A stretch of 51,182 bases of DNA, filler included, from Jimgerdemannia flammicorona (Eukaryota): assembly GCA_003990765.1 (NCBI GenBank). It is 2 parts of 2 records of this genome, joined end to end, with 100 filler letters (N's around TTAATTAATTAA, not from the genome) between each part and the next. Parts side by side here need not be neighbours in the genome. Positions count along the whole stretch, not along the records: positions 1 to 25,545 come from RBNJ01000820.1; 1 more part is not named here. One strand, 5' to 3'. Position 1 is the first letter of the stretch, and every line of letters starts with the position of its first letter. The translations under genes were made by a program, and so were the position numbers. Below the pieces are notes generated by a model, which did not search any database, was not told the origin of the DNA, and saw nothing but the letters and a program-made list of their open reading frames with translations. Shown here in pieces: positions 1 to 11,980 of this stretch.

Positions 1-1
1 C

Positions 2-130
2 ATCTCCTATCTTAGTACAATGTTGCCAGATTTCGGAGCGAGGATTGCGTGGAAGGTGTGGAACTATCAGGGATGTTTGACTTGAAGCATCATCGGTACT
101 GTGAACTGTTGAAGACTGATCTGTCAACAT
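2..130 (-). CDS. N-terminus of a probable transposase (start of a BED zinc-finger-like motif), partial
   Basis: Manual translation gives MLTDQSSTVHSTDDASSQTSLIVPHLPRNPRSEIWQHCTKIGD, open to the window edge. RSEIWQH resembles the S-x-[VI]-W-x-[HY] start of BED fingers. It lies inside the TIR element. Confidence 0.55.
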   Translation of the reverse strand, partial: MLTDQSSTVHSTDDASSQTSLIVPHLPRNPRSEIWQHCTKIGD

Positions 131-197
131 GTGTGTTTGCATGTTTGTGTGTGCATATGTATGCGTGTGTGTGTATGTGTGTGTGTGTGTTGTGTTG
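130..197. repeat. Imperfect (TG)n microsatellite
   Basis: Direct reading: gtgtgtttgcatgtttgtgtgtgc...gtgtgtgtgttgtgttg. Confidence 0.9.
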
Positions 198-227
198 TGG
201 ACGCGTCCGGCATATGAGTCATGTGGA

Positions 228-600
228 GGATTTGGATTGGAGGATTCGGTTGAAGGATTCGGATGAGGATTCAGATTGAAGGATTCGAATTGGAGGATTC
301 GAATTAGAGGATTCGAATTGGAGGATTCGAATTGAGTGATTCGGATTGAGTGATTCGGATTGAGTGATTCGGATTGAGTGATTCGGATTGAGTGGTTCGG
401 ATTGGAGTGGTTCGGATGGGTGATTCGGATGGGTGATTCGGATGGGGCGATTCAGATGGGGCGATTCGGATTGAGTGATTTGGATTGAGTGATTTGGATT
501 GGGGTGGTTCAAATGGGTGATTCGGATGGGGCGATTCGGATGGGGCGATTCGGATTAAATCCGAGTTGATCCGGATGGCTTTGGATTTGAGATTCGAATC
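228..600. repeat. Subterminal tandem array of ~14-15-bp units (GATTCGGATTGAGT and variants)
   Basis: Many head-to-tail GATTCGGAT/GATTCGAAT-core units with no unique spacers, next to the TIR. Related GGATTCGAATCC motifs occur in the MITE arms. Confidence 0.9.
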
Positions 601-660
601 AAACCATTATGTGATGAATCGAATCCGGATTTGATTCGAATTGACTCATTCGGAGCACTA

Positions 661-2690
661 GTTTACAGTATATGCTGTGATAATTTGTTTTATGATAGAG
701 TTAGTAACTAAGATGAGAGTTTGAATAACTTCTTCAATTGGTGGTCTGAAAATTACATTGGTAATAATATTTATCTTATCAGAACAATACTAGATTTCAT
801 AATCAAAATTAGTGAGGACTTTTATCTATCTGGCTTGCTTTCAAGAAAGAGTAGCCTGAGTCTTGATATAAACTAATAATTTATAGACTATTAATACTGT
901 AAAGTATACTTCTTTGAGATATGATTGCCATTTGATCAGAGTGTCTACAATAGCTAATATTTCCTTCTCATGGATTATATAGTTGATTTTGGCATCATTG
1001 AACTTATAAGAGTGATAGGTGACAGGGTATCTTTTCTATATAAATATTGCTCTAAGAGCTAGATCAGAGACATCAGTGGTAATTTCATATAGAAGAGCAG
1101 GGTTTGTCACTTGAAGTACTAGAGTGGTTATTAAGACATCCTTTAGTACTTAAAAGGCTATATTTTATTCAGATCTCCAATTTGTAAGATTGTTGAAGTC
1201 TTATTCTTGTTTTATAGTCTGAGGTTGTTCTTCTTGCTTACTATACTTAGTCATTTGGATTAGAGCAGTAGTGATCTTGGCAAAGTTTGCAATAAATTAC
1301 TGGTTATAGTTTACTAATTCTAGGAATAACTGGAGGTCCTTCAACTTCTTGAGTTGGGCCATTTCTTGATTATGGAGATTTTGCTGAAGTTAACTTTGAT
1401 TCTATTGAGAGTAACAATATATCTAAGGTATTGAATTTCCTTTAGGAGGAATTCACATTTGCTGAGTTTTGTAAAGAGTTAGTTTTCTTAAAGTTTCAGT
1501 AGTACTAGTTTAAGATGTTCAAGATGTTCCTCCAAGGTTTTGCTGAAGACTAGAATATTGTCAATATAGATAATAATAAATTTGTCTAGATATAGATGTA
1601 GGATAGTATTCATCAGTATCTGGAAGATTGTAGAAGTATTAGTAAAGCTAAAAGATATAACTAGAAACTTGAAATGTCCATAGTAGGTTTGGAAAGCAGT
1701 TTTGTAAATATCTTCTTCCTTTATAGCAATCTGCAAATAGCTATTTCATAGGTCAAAAGAGCTCATAAACTATGGGTTAATAAGTCTATTAAATATTTTA
1801 TCAATTTGAGATAGTGGGCAATAGCTCTTGATGATCTATTTGTTGAGGTCTCAATAATTAATATATATTTGTAGGTCTTCTCCTTTCTTGACAACAAAGA
1901 GGACTAGTATACTATATGATAATATACTAGATCTAATTAATCCTTATTCTAGAAGTTCATCAATTTCTTTCTTGAGTATATCAATTTCTCTAGGAGATAC
2001 ATATATGGTAGATTGACTTGAAGGTAGGCTTAGAATCTGAGATAGTCTTGATGGTATAGTTTACTGCTTGTTTAGACAGTAGGTCTTTCAGGAGTTTCTT
2101 TGAGAATATGTTTTGGAATTTCTGAAGTAGGGGTTTAACACAACTGTCAACTTTGGAAAAGTCTTCTTCATTATTCTTGGGTTCTCCTTAGATGGTCAGA
2201 TGGAGATAGCAAAGAGAGGATATTTCTTGGCCAATTTCTTAAGTTGCAGTTTGTTAATAAGAGTGATCTTTAGGCCTAGATTGTTAGAACTGAGTGAGTC
2301 CTTTTTACCTTATAGTTTGAAATTGTGGTGTTCTTTCTTGATAATTAGAGAATGATTTATCCAATCAATCATAAGGTTCTCTTATTTTAACCATAGAGTC
2401 TCAAGAATGATTTCATTATCAGGAAGTAGTATAATCTAGAGTATAATATATACTTGTTAGTCACCAATTCAGAAGGGTAGGTTGTAGACTTTCTTACTAA
2501 TGATATGGGAAGTTTTATCAGCTATAGTAACAGCTTGAGTCTATTGTTCTAGAGAGATCAGGACCTTGAGTCTGTTGGCTATTTCTTTATTAATAAAGTT
2601 GCCTGAGGTACTACTGTCTATCATAATCTTGACAGGTGCTCTATTGTCAAAAGCTTAGAGTATAAGCAGTTTGTATGATCCAATAGTAGT
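661..2690 (-). pseudogene. pol: pol remnant (aspartic protease, reverse transcriptase, RNase H)
   Basis: Motifs as above, with many stop codons from G>A/C>T transitions. Confidence 0.85.
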
Positions 2691-2889
2691 GATTTCAGTT
2701 ATAAGAGCTTTCCTTCTATTGGTTCTCCTTTGGACCAGTTCATTGATACAAGAGAAGCAATTATTAATTATTCAAGAAGAGTATATTCTAATGTCATGGG
2801 GTCATCAGCCACTTGGTCTAAATCCATCTTCAATTTACTTATAGAATTATTCTTTCTTATTCATGGTGGATTGGGCTGAGGTCTTGTTA

Positions 2890-3290
2890 GATGAGCCAAA
2901 TCCTTTGGATCCTTGGATGGTAGACAGTAGTTCAGGAACTTCCTTAATGGTCAGAGTTAACTTGATTTTTTTGAATAGGATCTGAGTAATGCAAAAACCA
3001 ATAGAGATCTTGAATAGTGTCTAACTATGGTTTTAGATAAGGATAATAATTTTGTCTATATAATCTTTATCAATGACTCCTCCTTCTACTGAGAGTCCTT
3101 TTAATGCTGGCTGCTGTGACAGCATATTCTTTCAATATGTCCTTCAGGGATTTGAATGCTGATTCCTGTATAGACTTACTTGACTTAGTTAGAAACTATG
3201 ACTTATTTGGCTATATATAGATCATATCTAGCTGCCTTTTGACTTTCTTTACTTGGGGCTGTAACATTTGGCCTTAACTTAACAAAGTCT
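2890..3290 (-). pseudogene. Retrotransposon-encoded trimeric dUTPase upstream of the protease
   Basis: Manual translation gives DFVKLRPNVTAPSKESQKAA(G)YDLY (motif 1), GLSVEGGVIDKDY (motif 3) and STI(R)GSKGFGSS (motif 5). Confidence 0.85.
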
Positions 3291-3339
3291 AATATCTTGA
3301 TAATTAGATTATTGAGGTAATGCAGAGTAGTAATAGTTA

Positions 3340-4800
3340 CTTGTGTTGCTGTTTGGGGTTTTTGATTGAGGTAGGTACTGGCTATATATCCTGTCTTTCA
3401 GTAATAGAAGTATACTTTACTTCTACAGAGTTCATTTCTTTCTCCTTCAGTGAGTTTCTTAAAGATACTTAGCTAGATAGGTTCAGGATTTTGGAGTGTC
3501 TAAGAGGTGGATGTGGAGGGAGCTTAGAATACTTCATACTTGGGTTTTTCTTTCTTGGTCTAAGTTTTTTCTTTATTGTTGAATTATCTTCAAGGCAGAA
3601 TTGGTCCAGCTGTCAGAATTTACTTGACTATAGTCTTAATTCTTATTAGACACTATTGTTGGTGATCATAATCCACTAAGTATTCTTGTTCTTAGATCTT
3701 TCTTATAAGCTATTTAGGTAGTATATTGAATAAATGGTCTGCTCTTATACTATTTTGTACTTTGTCATTGGTAATATATCCTAGGTCAATGATATTCAAA
3801 AGTGACTCAAGTTTTGTATAGAAGGTTTTAAATTTCTCCTTACTATATATATTAAATTTGAGATTACAGAGTTTAACTTGAAATTTGATAATCAGAGTTT
3901 CACTATGATATTGAGCAATCATGAGTTGTTTGAGTCTGGGGGGAACAGGATGGTCTTTATATCCAGGGGTATTATTTGTTGTATTTTGGGCAATGACTGC
4001 AGATTGGGTATCCTATGTGAGGGATTTTTCAGAAAAGGTTTATCACTATTCTTCAGCAGATCCTTAGAAGAATATAACAACTCAATAGACATAGGCTGTT
4101 GTAGTAGCAAAGAATTATTCCAGAGTGTGGTCTTGGTTGTTTGTCAGAAGATGGTCAGTAACTTGCTTATTGGTCTATTGGTTGGCTTTGAAATTAGTAT
4201 CAACTATACTAATAAAGCTTTGTACTTTCTGTATAATACTATTAAAGATAAGTAGACTCAGACTTTTTGTTGGTTGGGTCTGTTTGGCTAAGGCAGTAAT
4301 AGTTGTTACCATTATGGCTATCTGCACTGTAAGGTCTAGAATCTGTTAATTTGTCATATTGTTTACTGGAGGTGATTGGACTACTGATAGTAGGGTTACT
4401 AGTATAACTTGAGGTACTGATGCAGAGTGTAATGATGTTCTTTGAGTCTATATAAGTTGCTGGAGTAACTACTGTTGTGGGTCTGGTGTAAGAGCTTGAT
4501 AGATAACTATCTATTACTATATAGGTGTGTTTTGTCCTGATGGAGGTACATCTCCTTCAGTAGTATATCAAGAATTTAATTTACTGAGATACTCCTCCTC
4601 CTCTTCACTTTGATTCCTATGTAATTGAGTTTGCTCAGCATTGAAGTAGATAGTATCAGTTATATATCAGATTTTAGATAAGCTTAATTCAAAAGCTGGT
4701 TTAGGTTTAGTATTGGCTTCAGTTTCAGATAAGGTTATAGCTAGGCCTACTTCTGGCTCAGAGTCAGATTGTTGATAAAGAGTTTCTCTGGCTTCTTATT
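3340..4800 (-). pseudogene. gag: gag remnant with decayed CCHC zinc knuckle
   Basis: V(C)FY(C)(R)KTG(H)IAST(C) near 3370-3420, with Cys/His codons mutated TGC>TAC and CAT>TAT. Fragments 3710-3922 and 3919-4110 are on the same strand. Confidence 0.65.
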
Positions 4801-4864
4801 TTAGAATATGGTAGGCCTTATAATTCAAAAAAGATAGTATAAGGTAGTCTTGGCCCTGATATGG

Positions 4865-5560
4865 TGATAGTCAGTAGAGTTGAGCTACTTAGCTACAGAG
4901 GCTCAGGCTTTATGGAAAACTAAGACTAGAAAGATAACTGCTGGTATTCTAGATTACTCAAGTTTGTAGAGCTAACAAAACTCTTATTGAGAAGAGTAAA
5001 GAAGACTTCAATAACATTTTCTTCATCTTGACTTATGGAGTGTAGAGTAAGAAGTTCAATATATAGGGTTTTACTTATCTGCTGATTTAATTAGAGGACT
5101 TCGTTTTGCAGATAAAGTCTCTCCCACTTGTTATAAGTGTGGAGGACAAATTATCCTTATATATTAGGTTCAATTTTCTCTAGATTGTCAGATAGTTTAG
5201 AATGAATTCCAGTTCAGAGGTTGGGCTTTATACTAGCTTATAGGAATTTCTTATAGAGGTTTGTAGTAGAGTGAAAAAGTATCTTGAAGTAGAATTAGAT
5301 TGTAAACCACTACTACCAAGTTATAAGAGAGTTATTTATTAAAGTACTATTATGTAGTTCTGAAAGGGTTTTCTAGAAGTTCTGAATATTCTAGAAGACT
5401 ATTTTCCTAAGGTCAAGATCAATTTCATATAGAGTACATCCTCTATACTTATTGATTTCAAGATTAGATTGATATCTCAACTAAAGTTCTTTTTTAGACT
5501 AGTTCTAGATGTTCAGAATTTTTTATATTTCAGAAATTTTAAGAAACTAAGACCAGTTTA
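4865..5560 (-). repeat. Probable 5' LTR of the family-1 Gypsy (boundaries uncertain)
   Basis: Non-coding sequence upstream of gag with TTCTAGAA-type motifs, TATATA and AATAAA-like signals. No second copy is present in the window. Confidence 0.35.
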
Positions 5561-6081
5561 GTTAAATTGGCATATCACTGCAAACAATACCCAATTAGGA
5601 AATTCCATAACTTAGTTAAAAGTAAGACCTAATGAGGTATAGATTTACTTAAGAGTAATTTGTAGATTATTAAATAGGTTTATTCACTATTCATAATATT
5701 GCTATATAAGTAGTTATATAAAGGAATATTGTAGAGAAGTGTTCAGGAGTTCTTATATGTGTTTTTGTTTATTTGAGTCTAAATTTCTGAAGTCTGGGGG
5801 AGTAGGTATTTATACTAATAGAGGGCTATCTGATCTATACTAAATATGAATATAGTACTTAGTACCTTGCTGAGTTAGAATATAGTTACATAGTACAAGT
5901 ATGAACTAATATATCAAGAGATTATCTGACTGCTGAGTTAGTATATAGTTATATTATATAAGACTAATTTAACTATATTAATGACTACTAAGCTATCTAT
6001 AAATTTAAATACTATCTGGGTAGTTTTTGATGAGATCACTATCAATGACATTATCTCTGAATGACATTATCTTTGATAATA

Positions 6082-6182
<101 letters not shown>

Positions 6183-6579
6183 TATCTCTGATAAAGTAAC
6201 TATCTAAAAAAAGTGGTTCTTGAATAATATCTTTTTATTTATTTATGTAATAGTATATTGAGACTATATCACCATTCCACAAGATAGCATCATCTGTCTC
6301 ATACATATATTAGATAAGATATTGGGGGGTAAAAAAAGAGTATATTATCTTTACTTTTATCAGATTTACTATCTGTATATCTTTTATAGGTAATAGTACT
6401 ATGAGTTGTAGAGTTGTAGTAGGCTGGTAGCCATAGCTCATTTTGTTTATACTCAGGAGATGGGGTTGTTGGTTTAATCTCAAAAGTTGTCTGAAGATAT
6501 AGGTTGTGTTCTCTGGTCTCTTCATTATAGTTGAAGTAATCAGACAGGAGTATTGAAATTGATATCTCAATAATGTGGC

Positions 6580-7200
6580 TTATATAATTATATTATCTTT
6601 GAGTTATATCACTCAATATATAAATATATTCTATCTATAATATCCCTCTTATCCCTACTCTATATTTCTAACTAAGATATAATATTATATAATACTTAAA
6701 CTAGTTATAAGATATTGAAGATATAAATTAACTTATACTTTATTGATATATAGTATAGTAAATATATATAAATACTTTCAATATTATAAGTAAATAAATC
6801 TCAAATTAAAATAGATTGATAAAATATAAGTATTCTTAATAATAAACTCATATATAACTAACTCTAAAAGTTAAAAGATAAGAATTCAAGATAATATCTA
6901 ATATATATATATTTTTTAAGTTATATATTATATATTATATTATTTATTATATTATGTATTATTATTTTTAAAACTTTAGTTATAATATTAATACTTAAAG
7001 TATTTAATTTTAATTAGCTAATATATTTTAATATGTTAATTATTTAAATATTTAATATAGTTAAATTTTTTCAATAAACTTAAAAAAATAAATAAAATTA
7101 TCTATTATTTATAGATATTATCTACTATTATAAATACAAGTGTTAAAAAAACTGTATTTATATCAAAAAATGTTTTATATTTATCTTCACTAAGAATAGG
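6580..7200. other. Extremely AT-rich decayed repeat DNA
   Basis: Almost only A/T, TpA-rich, with no ORFs. Confidence 0.6.
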
Positions 7201-7371
7201 ATAATTAGAACAGACAAATATTCTCCACTATGTTAAAAACACTCATTATCATTCCAACTGTATATTGCATCAACGGATGTAAATATCTCAAAATATAAAA
7301 CAAACTGTGCACCAATAGAATCTTTATGATACCACCAAGAGACACCTAGGTATAAGAAACTGCCCTAAAAC

Positions 7372-10300
7372 CTATGTCTCTTGCCACTCCCAGTATCTCG
7401 GCAAGGACTTGCTGAGAACATCAACCATTTCCCGAGCCCGGTCCATGAGCAGCGTCATATTCTCGGCCTGGTCTTCGTTCTCTTCGGATTCGAGGAAGTC
7501 GGACGCTGACCATGTTGGGGCCATGCCGGCGCTGAGACGTAGGTTCTCGGCGAAGCGTGTGCGCCAGCTCTGCTTGCGCATCTGCGCAACCGTTGGCCAT
7601 GCGCGCGGGTCAGCAAGTTGTTCAGACAATCCCAACGGCGACAAACCCGGTAACAACCATTTTTTTTAAAAAAAAAATTCAAATTCAACACTCACTGAAA
7701 CTTTATACATAACCGCATGCGGCTCATTGTCAAGCCTGATCTCAACGTTGCTGATGGGTGTCGGCGAATCCGAATCAATGCGCCAGATCTCGTCGCGGCA
7801 GACCTCAATAATAAAGTCGTTCTTTTCCTTCTCCCAATCGAATCGCTGGATTTTCTTTTGGCAAATGCGCTTTAACTCCACATCGGGCACTTTGGTGTAT
7901 GCTAAGCGACCCATCTGTAGTTTCTTTTTCGAATGTATATACCTCTTTCTATATAAAGGAAGGGGGTTCAACCCGACAGAGATATCAATGGATACCCTCA
8001 TTAACGAAATGTCGAAAAAAAGTGATAACGATGGCGAACCCAAGTTCGGGATCCTCAATCAACGGAAGGCGGAGACCCCCGACGAACGCCTTGACTGGTG
8101 AAAGTAACTCCGGTTCGACGCGTTGTGCCGCGGAGAGTTTGAGTTCCCAGGCGTATTTTCTGTATAGTAAAAAGGGTTAACTCGGTTAGTACAAGCTGAA
8201 TGCGAAATGACAGACTCAAAACTATTCTCATACCCTATCCACTCTGCAATCCCCTTCCCCTAATAATCACTTCTCTGCATTGAACATGCTCGCGACGAAA
8301 AAATCCGCCTTATCGATTGCACACCACCACAACCCAACCTTCCCATCTTCCTTAAACTCGCACGTAATGCGTGTGTTAAGCGTAATGGTGGGCGGGGGTT
8401 GGTTCCTCAGTCGGTCGGCGGGCGGGTTAGGATGCTCCACAGTGATTTGAGCGTCGATGGTATATTCATTAATGGGGCTGTCTTCCGTCTCGCGGATTCC
8501 GAGCGAGTCGATTTCCGCGAAGAAGTTCTTCATGTTCTCCTCCTTTTGGGCCATACTACAAGGTGGGGGGGGATTCAGAAGGAAAAGTAAGAGTTTGAAT
8601 TCGAGAGAGGGGGGTATTTGAGGACAGGAAACTTACCACGGCGCCAGCGCGGATGCGAACCTCGGGTTCATAAACTCATCAGCGACTTGGTCAATGGATA
8701 TATGTTTGCATTGGGCATCCTGCTTGGGCTTCTTGTAGGTAGTCAAGTAAATTTGGCCAAAACTATTCAGGGACGATATTGGACAGGGGCAGAGACGTAC
8801 GATACTATCAAATTCATACATTCTGCTTGAATATATATCTAAATATTACAAAATCACGAACGCGCCTACCGGAGCTTCATATCAATCTCCCAATCAAAAA
8901 TCCGAATGTTTTCGAGCGCGGCCCTTAGCGCCTCCTCCAGGCGAGCTTTGTTGCGCTCGTTCAGACTGAAAAAATTATAGAGATATGAGGAAGGTGTAAA
9001 CATGCATGAACAATCACCCAGCTCCACTGCCCCAACCAAATCTCGACGACGACCTAGCCGTGGCGAGGGTCTCGATAAAGCCAAATTGTCGATCAGGCTC
9101 GTCATCCTGAGGGGTTAAAAAACCGGAAGGTAGGTTGCCGAACCGGATGCGCAGGTCCGTCGGGGGTATGTCGCCGAACCGGATACGCTGGTCCGTCGGC
9201 TGATCGATGAGGTAGAGGGGTATGGTGTTGTCCGTGACGGGGGGGTGCGCCTGGGTGGGGGTAGGGATGAGGGGAGAGAGGACGCGGGTTACGATTACGA
9301 CGGGAAAGTTGATGGTGGGCAGACAAGAGTGTTAACGAAGGTGTGTATTCACCACTTTGAAGTAAAGATTTTTGATGCGGACTGCCGCGAGATCGACATC
9401 CTCCTTCACGTCGCCGGCGATCCTGAAGGCCTGCACATAAAACGACGCGCAAGCGATTTTAGTATAGGTGTGAACATTCGTAAAATAAAGCCGTCCTCCC
9501 CCACACAAAAAAAAAAAAAAAAAAACATACTCGCTCTCGAGGTTCGTACCACGCATAAACCTTACATTCGGCCTTTATTTGATTCAAATACCTATTCTTT
9601 GAACCTACGATCTTCTCGGTGTTCAGATGCTGGCTGTCAGGCGGGAGGCTAAAGATGCTGTAGAAAGGCATTGGTCCTGGGGGCAAGAGCTCCTCGAGGA
9701 AAACCTTTTTCTCATTCTCGGCCTTCATTAACCGTTCCTTCCGCTCTTTCGCCTTCTTGGACAGGCCTTTTTCGGGCTTCGCAAATTTCGATGCTTTGCG
9801 GTTTTTCTTCTCATCTTCCTGGATAGGTAGGTAGGTAGGTACGAAAACAAGGGAGAGTCAGGTAAAGTGGGAAAATGGTTTAAAGGAAAAGTAAATGATA
9901 TTTGCTTACGTCGCGCATGTCGACGAGTCTTTTTTCCATTTGAAGGCGGGCGTGACCGATGTGGGGTTGGACGCCCCATATTTTGACGCGCTGTAGGAAT
10001 CGTCAATTCGATGATTGATACGTTTCAAAAAAAAAAAAGGCTGAGAGGGCAATATTGGTCATTAAACGATTTCCTATAGCTTACAGAGTTTTTCGGGTCC
10101 ACCTCCAACCGAGTATGTGTGCGATCCATGAGCTGGGTAAGGAAGCTGTTCCTATCGCCCGTGAATCTTAACAGCTCCATTTCATACTGGGGCGGAATCT
10201 TGGGAGTGCAACAAAAAAAGACGCGTTTGTGGATGACAATGGTTGTTTCATGACAAGCAAAATGTTTTACAAAGACTGACCAGGAAATAATCAGTGGGAG

Positions 10301-10511
10301 AGTCGTCCCCTACAGTCTCGTTGCGGGGCAGGGGTTGCCTCCACGTCGGTTGGTCGTCATCGTCGTCAGGGTCATCGTCAGGGTCATCGTCAGGGTCATC
10401 GTCAGGATCATCGTGGTCAGCCACAGTGGCGGGAGCCTTACGGGCTTCTTCCTCAGCCTTCAGCTTGTAGCGTCCTATGTATGATGATTTAGACTTGTTG
10501 CTGAGATGCAT
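7372..10511 (-). CDS. Spliced host gene (~12 exons, ~700 aa): acidic N-terminus, two divergent KH-like domains, fungal DUF7905-like C-terminal region
   Basis: GT-AG exons with consistent phase: 10511-10281, 10198-10085, 9990-9910, 9818-9531, 9430-9353, 9250-9018, 8965-8870, 8762-8637, 8555-8271, 8159-~8000 (donor unresolved), 7914-7696, 7581-7372. KH-like segments: IPPQYEMELLRFTGDRNSFLTQLMDRTHTRLEV...RVKIWG and IVGSKNRYLNQIKAECKVYAWY...FRIAGDVKEDVDLAAVRI. MKLRFGQIYL and WRTRFAENLRLSAGMAPTW recall DUF7905 proteins (from memory, not searched). The region is CpG-rich and not hypermutated. Confidence 0.8.
10353..10415 (-). repeat. 12-bp coding repeat (DDDP)n in exon 1
   Basis: Tandem GTCATCGTCAGG units encoding HDDPDDDPDDDPDDDPDDDDD. 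Confidence 0.9.
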
Positions 10512-10699
10512 AGCGTGGATATGAGTATTTTTAGGGCTGACACAACACCTATATGTCACCTGTGTGCCTCGATGATGTCATCATGTGTAAATACATATTA
10601 AAACTTTTTGTGACGCGCATAAATATCAAGCACTGTGGCCAAAACAATGTGACTGCTAAATGGCACTATCCAACGATTTGTTCACCAGCCCTTACAATA

Positions 10700-11980
10700 T
10701 AAATATAAAATATTAGTTATATTTATTTAAATATTTCTCAGTTTACTTAAATCTCAGTATTATTTTTGAAAGGTCTATATTTTTGAAGCTATTAAGAAGA
10801 CTTTTTATAATTTTAATACTACTAAATATATAAACTTTAATATTAATAACTTAAGATATTTTATTAATTATTACTATATTATGTATAATAATTTAAGAAT
10901 ATTTCTAATTATATATATATATCTCTTTAATATAAAAATAAAATCAGTTACAAACAATATAATAAAAAATATAAAATAAATCTTATATATAAATATAATT
11001 ACTTACTATCCTTTAAAACTAATTTTTTTTTTGAGTTTATTAAATATTTTATTATATTTAAATTATTATATATTTAATAATAAAAATATTAATTAGATAA
11101 AATATTCAAATAAATTAAATTTGATTCAAATTGAATTAATATATATAAATACAAAGTTTTCAAGTCTTTTAAATTATTAATTATAGTAAAAAATTATAAT
11201 ATTTAGATAATTTATATAAAGATAATTAAAAAATAAGTTATAATTAATATTACAAAGTCTTATTAATCAAAGACTAATTAGTCTATTAAATTAGATAGAC
11301 TACTCTAAATATAATTAATAAAGTTTATCAAATTGAATAAATCTTAAGTTATTTCTAAATTAGATCTATCTTAAAAGATTTAGTTAATTACTATCAGAAC
11401 TTGGATATAACTCATATCTTATATATATATTATTAAATTATGTATTATTACTTATAAATATTAAAAACTATTTATTAATACTAGTAGCTATATTTTTTAT
11501 TTCTTTATTACTATTAGTAAAATAGCTAATACTCTCTCTTATAAAAAAATTAGAAAAATTTATAATAAATATATATATTTGTAATATTCTACTTTTAAAC
11601 TACTGAGAGTAGATATTATAAATACTATAACTTAAATAGAATAAAAGATATATTTAATAATATTAACTTTAATAATAAAAATACTAAAAATAATAATCTT
11701 TTTAATAATAAGATTATTAAGAAAATAAAATTAATTTATATTTAAAAATTATATAATATCTTTAACTATTTAAGTTTATATTATTGATATTTATTTTAAA
11801 TAATTATATTTTCTATTTTATCAGAAAAATAAAATTTAGTTTATATTTTCTAGTTTATATCTAGAGCTATTTATATTTATTGTAATAGTTGATCTTAATT
11901 AAGATTAATAATTAAAATATAAATATTTAATTATAATATCTAAATATGATTTTTAATATAGTATAGAATGATATAAAGTT
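10700..11980. other. Extremely AT-rich decayed repeat DNA
   Basis: Nearly G/C-free, TpA-rich, with no ORFs. Confidence 0.6.

Larger units (their letters stand above)
1..660 (-). mobile_element. 5' end of a TIR DNA transposon (terminus TAGTGCTC...), running out of the window; inserted into the Gypsy pol at 660/661
   Basis: Ends in ATTGACTCATTCGGAGCACTA (640-660), matching both termini of the MITE at 33168-33758. Has a subterminal tandem array and a BED-like ORF start. It retains CpG, and sequence switches abruptly to decayed Gypsy pol at 661. Confidence 0.8.
661..5560 (-). mobile_element. Decayed Ty3/Gypsy LTR retrotransposon, Tf2/chromovirus-like RT; order gag-dUTPase-PR-RT-RH (family 1)
   Basis: RT remnant KTAFQTYYGHFKFLVISFSFTN...IYIDNILVFSKTLEEHLEHL (1488-1736), protease IDS(G)(A)SGNFI near 2600-2630, RNase H with an N-I-x-(AD)-x-x-(S)R-P end near 750-790, and a decayed CCHC near 3370-3420. 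The 5' boundary is approximate. Confidence 0.85.

Noticed and set aside
49..512. ORFs 49-279 (+) and 219-512 (-) as genes
   Set aside because: They are translations of the TG microsatellite and the tandem array.
228..600. CRISPR-like or telomeric array
   Set aside because: The units are head-to-tail with no unique spacers, there are no cas genes, the context is eukaryotic, and the array abuts a transposon TIR.
6310..6570. 86-aa ORF as a gene
   Set aside because: It is CpG-depleted decayed sequence with no recognisable motif, possibly an unidentifiable pseudogene fragment.
7372..10559. Cluster of small viral or bacterial ORFs (endogenous virus or horizontal transfer)
   Set aside because: The fragments join through phase-consistent GT-AG introns into one eukaryotic gene.
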